From Octopus vulgaris (lineage: Eukaryota), in the NCBI GenBank assembly GCA_951406725.2, contig OX597814.1, positions 50,034,001 through 50,098,000 of the forward strand: DNA of 64,000 nucleotides, read 5' to 3'. The notes beneath the pieces were generated by a model. The model did not search any database, was not told the DNA's origin, and saw only the letters and a list, made by a program, of their open reading frames with translations. Shown piece after piece: positions 27,621 through 39,000 of this stretch (position 1 is the stretch's first letter; each line of letters begins with the position of its first letter). The translations under genes were made by a program, and so were the position numbers.

Positions 27621-27739
27621 CAGTAATCCCTCGACTATAATCACCCCGCGGTAGGTGAACCGCGGTAGGTGAACCGCGGTAGGTGAACCGCGGTAGGTGA
27701 ACCGCGGTAGGTGAGCCGCGATTTTGTAAGGGATTACTG
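27621..27739. mobile_element. Tiny Tigger/pogo-like MITE with internal 14-bp tandem repeat
   Basis: TA-cagtaatccct ... agggattactg-TA; five copies of ccgcggtaggtga(a/g) inside. Confidence 0.8.
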
Positions 27740-28046
27740 TATATACGTGTGTACCACACTCTCAGTCTTTCTCTTTCACTCGCTCTTTGTCGGTATGTGT
27801 GTGTGTTGTGTGTGTGTGCTCTGTGTATGTACGCGCATATATGTAATGCATGTATATATGCATGTGTGTATGTACGTATGTATGTAAGTATATAGGCACA
27901 TAGATAAATGAATGACAGTTATTTGGGGAGGTGAGTTTGATAAAAGCACGCAAAACCACTCACACGCATATATATATATATATATATAGATAGATAGATA
28001 GGCTGAAAGATAGATAGATAAATACATACATACAATCATGTATTTG

Positions 28047-28100
<54 letters not shown>

Positions 28101-28327
28101 CGGATGTATAAATATTTTAAAGAACATACCTATCTGTTTCTATATACATTACATATATATGGATATATACACATCCATGAGTATGTATGCACAAATGCAT
28201 ATGTACACACAGGTGAATATATGCACATACATATATATTTCAGGGTAGTAAAATATTACCTAGAAATGTTTTTACCACCGTAGCCTAGCGTGTAGAAAAA
28301 CTAGTCAATAGACTATATATTATTCAT

Positions 28328-28500
28328 TATATATACAGTGTACATTTAAATACTTACGAGATGGCCATAATTGGACATCTAAACCTCTAGAAGGAGTAGT
28401 TAAAATCCAGGTCAGGCTTGGATTTTAACTACTCCTTCTAGCAGTTTAAATGCCCGATTACGGCCATCTCTTATGTGTTTAAATGTACACTGTATATATA
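28328..28500. repeat. Fold-back palindrome (~80-bp arms)
   Basis: tatacagtgtacatttaaa..tagaaggagtagttaaaatcca / tggattttaactactccttcta..tttaaatgtacactgtata. Confidence 0.9.
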
Positions 28501-29295
28501 TGTATATATATATACGAAAACTAGGCGAAAGGGGAACTGAGAAAGAAAGAGAGAGAGAGAGAGAGAGAGAGGGATGGGTGGGGAATGAAGTGGCTTAGGT
28601 CAGGTTAGCCATATTCAAGCATAACTATGATGCGATTATGCCCCAACAAATAACATAAGTGCATTAACACCAGGATCAGATTATGCAACGTTCTCTAACA
28701 GTAAGGCTTACTTTGAGAGTGAATTAACTGCTCTTTTTAGCATTCTCCTTCGTTGACAGGGCATTGCGTAGAAAAGCAGAAAAGAATGGCGTGATAGAAA
28801 ATGAACAAGATTGTTCTTGAAATACTCTTTGACGAGTCGAAAAGAATGAACTTCTGTTTCCAATTATCAAATTAGACCCGCTTGTGTGCTATGACGCGAG
28901 ACCCCACGTGATATACATGCTGACATGTTACAGATTAAATACGAACAAGTAAAACAACAATCATAAATAACAGAGAAACTACATACAGACAATGCGATAG
29001 AAACAAGCGACGTACATAAGGATGACAGCAACAAAGAATGATGAGTTAAATAAATTAAATTTGGGTGGGGAAGAAACATTTTAATATTTTAAAGTGAAGA
29101 GTCACTACCGCATGGCTCTCTACTTAACATTTTTACGTCTCCAATCTATTAATATAAACACGCACATGCAGACACAACACAGGCACATATACACTCACCT
29201 ATGTATGTATGTATGTATGTATGTATGTATGTATGTATGTACGTACGTACGTACGTACGAACGTATGTATGTATGTATGTATGCATGTATGTATG

Positions 29296-29329
<34 letters not shown>

Positions 29330-29333
<4 letters not shown>

Positions 29334-29382
29334 CACACACACACTATGTATATGACAACGCATAAATACATTCATACATACA

Positions 29383-29429
<47 letters not shown>

Positions 29430-29485
29430 ATGAACATACATACATACACATATATATATACGCGTGCAAGGGTCTTCAAATATTT
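29330..29485 (+). repeat. Local duplication, copy 1 (copy 2 at 31875-32002)
   Basis: ctatgtatatgacaacgcataaatacattcatac...cgcgtgcaagggtcttcaaatattt occurs twice, each after (TATG)n(TA)n. Confidence 0.9.
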
Positions 29486-29910
29486 AAATTATCAGATCAA
29501 ATCTCACCGGGGATGACTTTGTCTTCTATCCCACCCGGGTGCCAAATGTATTTTGAGGTTAATGGCATAGACTTTCATCCAGACATCAAAATTATATATA
29601 TGGATGTATAGATAGATAGATTAAGAGATACATATTTACATATATGCATGCATACATGCATACATGCATGCATATACATACATACATACATACATACATA
29701 CATACATACATACATGTGTATACATCTATGCATGCGTACACACAAATACACATACATACAAGCATGTGTGTGTATACAATCACATATGTGTGGTGTATGT
29801 TCGCATTTGTACATGTACCCTTCACATCCGGTCAGATTATGTAATGAATTCCCCAAGCTGAAGAGAAAGTAGAAATATGTTGTTGTTGTTGTTATTATTA
29901 TTATTATTAT

Positions 29911-30013
29911 TCAGGTCACTGCCTGGAATCGAACTCGGAATCTTGGGATTAGTAGCCCGCGCTCTTAACCACTACGCCATATATTCATGGATATATGGCG
30001 TAGTGGCTGGTTA
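29911..30013 (-). mobile_element. tRNA-like head with 5' fold-back and (AAT)n; same family as 59433-59523
   Basis: Minus strand tggcgtagtggttaagagcgcgggctactaatcccaagattccgagttcgattccaggcagtgacctga; hairpin ccactacgccatatat/atatatggcgtagtgg. Confidence 0.85.
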
Positions 30014-31709
30014 ATAAAAATGGTGTACGTTGTATTACAACCACCATGAGACCCTTTAGTATGAACAAATGTAACATCAGTAAGTAGATACGAACTTATA
30101 AACTTGAAGTTATATCGACGTCCAAAAGCGCGAACTAGAAGTCAATACACATTTTTCAATTTTGAATGCATGGAAATTTTTAAAAGACTGAAATTTTTAA
30201 AAGACTGAAACAACTAGCCTCAGTAAACTTCATGCTGAAGCTGTTTATAAGATTTCCTCATATTCAAATACATTGAAGCTGTTCAATGAAGGAGTTGATA
30301 GACTGCAGTATCTTCCAGGAAAACTTTAAAGTGAAAGAGTTTAATTACAAGAAGTTCGTGTACTTATTAAAGTTTAAGGGTTGCTCTGTCAGCCTTATTG
30401 AAAATGCCGATTAAACAAGCATGGCGTTTGATTATGCACTGTATCACAGTGGATCCCTCATAGAAAATGTACAGATTCAGCAATATATTGGTGTTTGGCT
30501 GACGGTTTAAGATTACTGCTTTATATATATATTCTTCAAGAGGGAAACCATAATATCAATACAGTTCCTTTGGGACGTTTGCAGTCGAGTGCATGTAAAG
30601 ATTGGATAGACTGGAACTACTCCGGGATTGAATCGAGACTATTTGGTCCAGACAAGAAATGGTAACCAGGAAAGTACGTAATCTATTTTATCGCCCGAAT
30701 GCGGTAGATGATGAATATGGTACTTACTGAACACAGCATTCAATAAATGTGGAATATTATGGAACTGATGAAAAGTTTATTTATATGCCCAATAGTCGTA
30801 AGAAGAAAAAAACGTTTATTTTAGGGTAAACACTTGTGTACTGAAGATAATACTGTACTCGTGTCCCAATGGAGAATCGGTGTCTCATCGAATGAGTGAA
30901 GCAGCTCTGTCGGTATTTCAGCCCTTCCATCACAACTGCAGAGCTGCCCGGGTGCAACCAGTAATATAGGCGACAAAACTCCTGCATAGCACCCAAGCTT
31001 TGTAGAGTTAGATGTTGTGACTCTGGGCTAGATGTTTTTACCATCCTCAACGCTCGTTCTTGTATCACTCGCCCTACCTCTTGAGCTAGAGATGTAATGG
31101 CTTGCTTTTGTAGTGGCTTCCAATAATTTTCAGGCACTCTCTATCCTCTCTTTAACAGCTAGTCCAAGACTACTGAGCATCGAATGAATCCTGGTTCCCA
31201 TAAATTCTCTAACATCTATCTCTATAGGAAGATATATTGCCTCCCTTCCTTTTCTTTTATAGAAATGCTTGACTGGGGATATCTTCAGAGACATTACAAA
31301 AATATTTCTAAAATGTTACTTCTCACATGCTGTAGGTGAAACTAAAAATGACAATTTGTGATGGGAATAGTGGAGTACTGGAATTCTTGTTGCAGAAGCT
31401 GCGAACGACAACGACCTGTACAAAGAAGCATTGTTTGCAAAAACAATAAATTGTAACATTTCTTATACCTTAAAATACTCCTCTATACAAGTATAATACG
31501 GTTATTAAATATTGATTTCCAATTTTAGCACAAGACCAATGGTCACTGAATTTTGAAAATACTAAAGCTTAAATACATTGCTAATGATTTATATTTGCAA
31601 AATATAAGCGGTCGGCAAAAAGTTTACAGGCTAATATACCAAGAGTCATACAAACATTTAATTTTGATTAGTATTTTCAAAGAAAAGGCCTATCGTGCAT
31701 ATCTCTTTA

Positions 31710-31812
<103 letters not shown>

Positions 31813-31836
31813 TGTATGTATGTATGTATGTATATA

Positions 31837-31876
<40 letters not shown>

Positions 31877-32002
31877 CACACACACATACTATGTATATGA
31901 CAACGCATAAATACATTCATACATACATGCATATTTATATATATATATATGAACATACATACATACACATATATATACGCGTGCAAGGGTCTTCAAATAT
32001 TT

Positions 32003-32650
32003 TCCTATTTTCTAGTGAAAACACTTTCGAATTACTTATTGAGTGCTTCACTTATCCTGTTGGGATCTGCAGTCGCTGAGCCTTTTTATCAAACAGTGAC
32101 CCTATCTTGTATCGCACTGAAGCAAACAGCTTTGCCAACTTGAAGAAGGCTTTCCACCGCCCTGGCTTCTTTCTTTACCCTTTCTTTTTCAAGGGAGAGT
32201 CTGATTTTATTTTCAGTCTCCAAGAGCGCCATTTAGAAGTAGAGCTTTTGTTGTCATTAGGCTCCTTATTTTAAGCGATTCAAGGCCTTTATCCTCCGTC
32301 TTCTTGGGTTTCTTCTATCTCGTGGAATAATGTTCTTGTGTGTGGTGGCTTTCTTCTCTGGGACAAACTTAATGCATGTGGCTCGCATTATCGACATGAA
32401 TTCATTGAATTTTATGTCAGTGTCTTACGTGGGAAGATTTTAAGCAAGTTTTGATGGGGTATCTCTTTGTAAGCTTTGTAGAAGTTGAGGTTGGCTAGCG
32501 CATAGGATCCAGCAGTGTTGTATGATTCTTTAATTAGCTATGGACCACATATTGACAGTTCTATCATGTTATGGCCAGAGTGGGTAGACTGTGATATGTT
32601 TATATATATACTTCCAATAGTGGGAGTAATCGCAGTAATGTGGAAATTGA
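32003..32650 (-). mobile_element. Decayed CR1/L2-group LINE ORF2 fragment (EN-RT linker)
   Basis: Peptides [52 protein letters not shown]; homologous to 63160-63560. Confidence 0.75.
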
Positions 32651-32655
32651 ATCCC

Positions 32656-32830
32656 AAAGTTACCAACAGAAGCGACTCCAACTCCCACTCTCAACGTGGA
32701 AGCTCAGCGAGAGGAACCAGCCACAACACAGGTGCAGCCGGGTTCAAACCTAAGAGCGTGTCCATAAACGCAACCAGAAAATTCTACATAAAAGGAGTCT
32801 GCTGGTATGGAGAGAAGTGGGCACATTGCC
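32656..32830 (+). mobile_element. Detached 5' piece of LINE ORF1 (start of a CCCH zinc finger)
   Basis: RKFYIKGVCWYGEKWAHCR ends abruptly at (TA)n; the motif is completed by LHPKYC at ~39000. Confidence 0.7.
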
Positions 32831-33087
32831 GTATATATATATATATATATATAACTTAGAATAATATATATTATATTATATCATATATGTCATAATGTAT
32901 ATATATATATTATATTATATACATTTTATATTATATATATTATATATATATATATTATACCTTATATTCTACATATATATTATAATATACATATATATAT
33001 TATATATATTATATATATATATCATATATTTTATTATATATATTATATGTATATTATACATATATATATATATATCATATATATGTT

Positions 33088-33147
<60 letters not shown>

Positions 33148-33354
33148 TATGTGTGTACCATATGTTACATATATATTATATCATACCTTGATACTGTGTT
33201 GACTGAGGTCCCCATTGATAGGCCGCTGGTATTAATAGGGTTAAACATTTTTGGTATGCAAATTTGGGTCTCATTCATAGGGTAACTGCTGCATTTGTTG
33301 AGTATTTAAACAGTTTGGATGCTTGCCTTTCTGGTGACTGTCAGATTGATGTAG

Positions 33355-33400
33355 ACACCGCTGATGAGAGCCCAATAAGGTTCGAAAATGAAATAAGGTT
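33355..33400 (+). ncRNA. Hammerhead core remnant
   Basis: CUGAUGA-GAGCC(caauaa)GGUUC-GAAA; stems III and I are degenerate. Confidence 0.5.
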
Positions 33401-33471
33401 GTGCATAACTTTTTTTTCTGTCTGCGGAGAAATGGCTAAAATGTGGCCTGTTAATAATTACACCATATATA

Positions 33472-33514
<43 letters not shown>

Positions 33515-33646
33515 TAATAAAAGGGTTCAGCAAAGATTTGTCGTGAAACGATCCTTTTTTCATACCGAATTCTACTTGGTGAAATTATTGATTACTACTT
33601 AATTAATTAATTTTACCCTTTGTTATTATATATATATATATAACAT

Positions 33647-34131
33647 ACATGTGATATCACTGAATATCAGATGGTGGACATGTCATTTGATTAGGTTACT
33701 TATGATGTCATGTGTTTACGTCATGTGTTACGTCATGTGTTAATTGCAATGTCATACGATGCTGCATTCTTATTGATTATTATAGTTGGGCACTGTCACT
33801 GGTTGTTGTGACGTTAACTATCTATCTGTGATGTCATATTGTAAATGATGGTAATATCTTAATGGTGGCATTATCAGTTGTGACACCACGCATTTATGTT
33901 TTGCTTACTCTCGGTCCCGAATTCTCCGAAAAAAAAAGGTTTTGCAGGCACCGCCAATATGGGAAGCCCCTAGTCTTATCATTAATGGTGCGAAACTGAG
34001 TATTACCAATTAGTTGATAACTTATGAAGTGTTTGTCTCCCGTCCGGTTGTACACACAGTATGCATTATGTTGTTTGTTTATTTACCATATATTTTCGTT
34101 TATTAAGTAATGGAATGCAACACACACCGCT

Positions 34132-34166
<35 letters not shown>

Positions 34167-34824
34167 TTATCTATCTGTATGTGTGTGCGCGCGCGTGTGT
34201 ATACTTATATATGCCTAGGATAACTCAGTTAAACCTTGACTGAGTTTCTTATACTTAGAACGGTGTAACTATAATGGTACATGCGTAACTGTGTTGATTT
34301 TGTGAGATTAAGCCAGCATTTGTGATAATAATAAGCGATGTTTCTCACACAAAGACACATACATTGGAAATGACAATGTGCTTATAACACTATAATATGC
34401 TCCATATGGGAAAATTGTAATAGCATAGCTCCAACTGCAAGTGGGGAGTTGTGATAATTTAACGTACCAGAAGACAACACAGACCCTGATTATGTTGGGT
34501 GTGATATCAGGTTTTTAGCTGTGCTATCATATTTAATTATAAACAGCGCCATTGTTAATGTGACGTCCGAGTGAACATGCGATATCACTGAATATCAAAT
34601 GGTGGACATGTCGTTTGATTAGGTTACTTATGATGTCATGTGTTTACGTCATGTGTTACGTCATGTGTTAATTGCAATGTCATACGATGCTGCATTCTTA
34701 TTGATTATTATAGTTGGGCACTGTCACTGGTTGTTGTGACGTTAACTATCTATCTGTGATGTCACATTGTAAATGATGGTGATATCTTAATGGTGGCATT
34801 ATCAGTTGTAACACCACGCATTTA
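33647..34824 (+). repeat. Direct duplication of ~250 bp (33647-33896 and 34575-34824)
   Basis: gatatcactgaatatca...caccacgcattta repeated with only a few substitutions. Confidence 0.95.
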
Positions 34825-35754
34825 AATTTTAGTTGATGGCACCTATGCAATATCAGTTGCATTATTTGAGATGTTATATGTATTTGCGATAGCATATCTT
34901 TGTTCTCATTGATTTTTGTATCATTGTTCTCAAAGCTTGCGCCACGTAAGCTTTGATCACGCAAGTCCTCATCAAACATTCGGATCCATGACCATTCCAT
35001 CTTATTCTTTTGTAAAGGTTGTTCAGGATCACATTATCCAAACATCTTTTTCTAAAACGGTAGAATGTGATCTGAAGAAATTTGACAGGTATTTCTTGCT
35101 GTTCGAGTGACCACGAAGAAATTTCTGTTCGTATTAACTCAAATTACATAAGTATAGTTGTCATTCGAAATTGTAAACAAGATCATAATGTAACTGTTTC
35201 TGACTGTTGTGACGTCATAAATGTTAACATGGCATAATACTGCAGTCGGTGGTGATTAACAACGACAGTTGTAATTGTAATACCATGTCTGACTATGAAA
35301 TCAGATTAATCCCAGTAGGATGTCACCGCGACACATGTATGACTGTGACGCCAGAATATAAGTGATGTTCGTTTAATGTCTACAATATCAGCTATGACAT
35401 CATACTTGTGGCTGTGATGCCTGATTGAAACCTTGCGTCATTTTTTAACGTCATATTTAAAACTGACAGAGTTAAATATGACGTCGTAAATATAGAGATG
35501 ATGTGAAATCGAAAATGATGGCGATTTAACAGTAACAGTATTAAGTGTGGCATCATGAGTGAGAGTATGCTGGTGTGTTATTAGTTTAACTCCGATGGTG
35601 GTGCAACAATGACATGTTAGCTAGAGCGTCATAAATATGGTTTTGATATCAGGTACTAGCAACTGATAATGCAACAACAACGATATTAAAGGTGATGTCA
35701 AATTGCCACGAAACAGCGACAGTAATAGTAGAGATGTTATATATATCTGTGATG

Positions 35755-36323
35755 TATTGGGTTGCCCGGAAAGTTCGTGCCGATTTATAAAAGAAAGAAA
35801 AAGGTCAATAAACAGTTGCCATTACATTTTTAATCAACCAAATATGAACCATTTTGTTGCACAATGCGTCTCCATCTTTCCTTTAACTTGAAAATACCCT
35901 CTTCCCAGAATTGAGATAGTTTCATGGCAACGAATTCATCAAGGTATCTTTTTACGTCATCCAAGGAATTGAAAGTTTTACCATTAAGACTATTCTGCAG
36001 AGACCTGAATAAGTGGAAATCCGACAGAGCAATATCTGGTGAATATGGAGGGGGGATAACACATCCCAGCCGAGCTGCAGCAATTTTTGTCTGTTTCCCA
36101 AAGCATCAAGTGCCGAAAATGAAGTTTCTCATCTTCCATTTTAAAGGGTTACAGAATTAACACAAGTTATAAGAACATAAATCTTCTTCCACGAAAAGAT
36201 AGCTTAAACTGTGCTCTAAATGGAGGTGTAGTAAAATCCTATTTTATGGACTCAACCACGTTTTAAAATAAGTCGGAATGTAGGCTACTTCGAATCGGCA
36301 CGAACTTTCCGGACAACTCAATA
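35755..36323 (-). mobile_element. Internally deleted mariner element with both TIRs
   Basis: TIRs ttgggttgcccggaaagttcgtgccgatt / aatcggcacgaactttccggacaactcaa with TA flanks. N-terminus MEDEKLHFRHLMLWE is fused to C-terminus PYSPDIALSDFHLFRSLQNSL..KLKERWRRIVQQNGSY. Confidence 0.93.
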
Positions 36324-37979
36324 TTATTGTAACTGATAACGTATGTCTGTAATGTCATTGTGCAATCATGATTGTGATGTAACAGCGACAGCGTGTTATG
36401 TCGTCCTGTGTGCAGATGCAATGTTAGATTGTAATAGAAGGTGATGTACAATGACAATGTTAGTTGGGATGTCATAAAGGATGCTGTGATGCAACATTAC
36501 AACTGATGTCTTACTAACGATAGTTAGCTGTGAGCGTCATAAATTAGATGCGACGTGAAACAGCAGTTGGTGATGATTTAATCACTACTGTGTTAAATGC
36601 GACGTCATAGCTAACTGCCTTGTCCGATTGATTCCGATGGTGACAGTGAAGTTACAGCAAAGATGTTCACCGATGGTCATAAACACCGGCGAGGTTAGGC
36701 TGTGACGTAAAATAGTAACTGATAGTGATTTCACGGCCACGGACTTAACTGTGACGTCATGAGTGGAGCTGTGATGTCAGTCTAATTGATACTGGCAATC
36801 TAAGAGGGAACGAGATGGTTGTGTGAGTATACATGACTGATTGTTAGACGAGACCAAAGGAAGGGAAAATTTGTAAAGTTGTTTGCTCATGAGATGATAG
36901 TACACGACCTTAAATACTTCGTGTGTTTATCTCTGATGTATATTTATGCGTCCATCTCTGGGCGTGAATATATATGCGATGCGTGCTTGTGAGTGCAGGT
37001 TTTAGCTAGCGCATGTTTATATCTGAGTTCCACTGTATACATGCGTGCGTGTATGTATATGTTTACCTTGGCGTCCTGTGTGCTTGTGTGTGCATTAGTT
37101 TGCCTGTGTATGAATTTTATTTGAATGTGTAAATTTATTTGTTCGTCTATATGTGTATGAATGTATGGATTGATAGATGGATGGATGAAAGGATGGATGG
37201 ATAGGCAGATGGATGGATGGATGGATGGATATGCGTTTATTTGTGCGCTTGCATGCTTTTATGTTGGTATGCATATATGTGTGTATTTGGGCGTGGATAT
37301 GAGCGTGCGTGTGTATGTTTTTGTATGTATGTGCTGCTTATAAGTCCTGTGTGCGAGTGTAGAATGCATGTGTATGACAGCCAACTCCTCGCAGCATGCT
37401 GGTTACATCATATTTACCAGGGTCGCCATTCGCATGACGTATGCACGTACGTGTGCGTTCATGTGAACGCGTGTCTATATGTATGTGATAGTGTACATGT
37501 GTGCGCGCGAGCGTGGCATGCTTGTCTGCGAGCACGTGTCTGCTTGCTTGCGATTGCATGCATTTGTATACAACTCTCGATTCTGTATGTTCATACTTAT
37601 GCATGTATATGTATGTGTGTGTGTTTATGTGTGTGTGTGTGTGTGCATCTGTATGTAACTGCAGCGTATAGGTGAATATAAGCGTATATATGTATATTAG
37701 TATGATTGTACTTTTTGAGTATATATATATGTAGAGTGTATAAAGGTGTGTGTGTGTGTAATTATATATGTTAGTGTGTGTAATATGTGTGTGTGTGTGT
37801 GTGCAAATGTAGGCATGCGTGAGCCAGTTCCATATATCATGTTGGTTACATCACAGTATTTACAACGGCTGCCACACGCAGCCGTTATTGTTCCTTCCCG
37901 GTTCAACCTACACAGAATGCTGGTTCAAAGGCAGCGACATCATCTACTTCTCCCTCCCCCTCTCCCCCTCTTACTCTCT

Positions 37980-38047
<68 letters not shown>

Positions 38048-38190
38048 CACACACGTATACACATAGATATAAAACATTACATACATATATATATATATAT
38101 ATGTATATGTATAAACACAGATTAATTAAAACCTATACAAATTCACACACACACACACGCAGACGCGCACACACATACACATGTGTGTGC

Positions 38191-38240
<50 letters not shown>

Positions 38241-38327
38241 GTATGTATGTATATATATATATGTATATATATATGTATATATGTATAATATATATATATA
38301 CATATATATATATACACACACATATAT

Positions 38328-38360
<33 letters not shown>

Positions 38361-38813
38361 TATATTACAAAATATATGTATATCCGTGTTCTTTATCATT
38401 TACACACAGACACAGTCATACCACACAAACACACGTATACACACACATACACAAATACATACACACACTCAGGCACACACACACTCGTACACACGTAGAC
38501 TAATACGTACACACATTCACATACATATCCACAAGCACGCACACACACGCACGCACAAATGTGTACTTATATAGACATACACACAAACAAATAGTCTCGC
38601 AAATATACTTATGCGTACATGTGTTATTTGACACGCACTCACATACATACTAATGCACACATGTACACACGCGTGCACACATTATCGCGCGGCCGTGCAT
38701 AAACAAACAAGGTGCGAGGTCGGGAGACGCACAGACTGATCGGATGGTCACATATATAGAAATATATACAGCTACAAAATATGTATGTACATATACACGG
38801 CCGCATGCACACA

Positions 38814-38861
<48 letters not shown>

Positions 38862-38948
38862 GTCATGCAGAGAGAAGTTTAATATATATCACATGTGAAA
38901 ACAACCAGCATGGCCGCAGTCAAATGACTGAAACAAGTAATATATATA

Positions 38949-38996
<48 letters not shown>

Positions 38997-39000
<4 letters not shown>

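Noticed and set aside
30781-31440. Possible decayed LINE endonuclease region or 118-aa ORF
   Set aside because: No diagnostic motif could be read with confidence.
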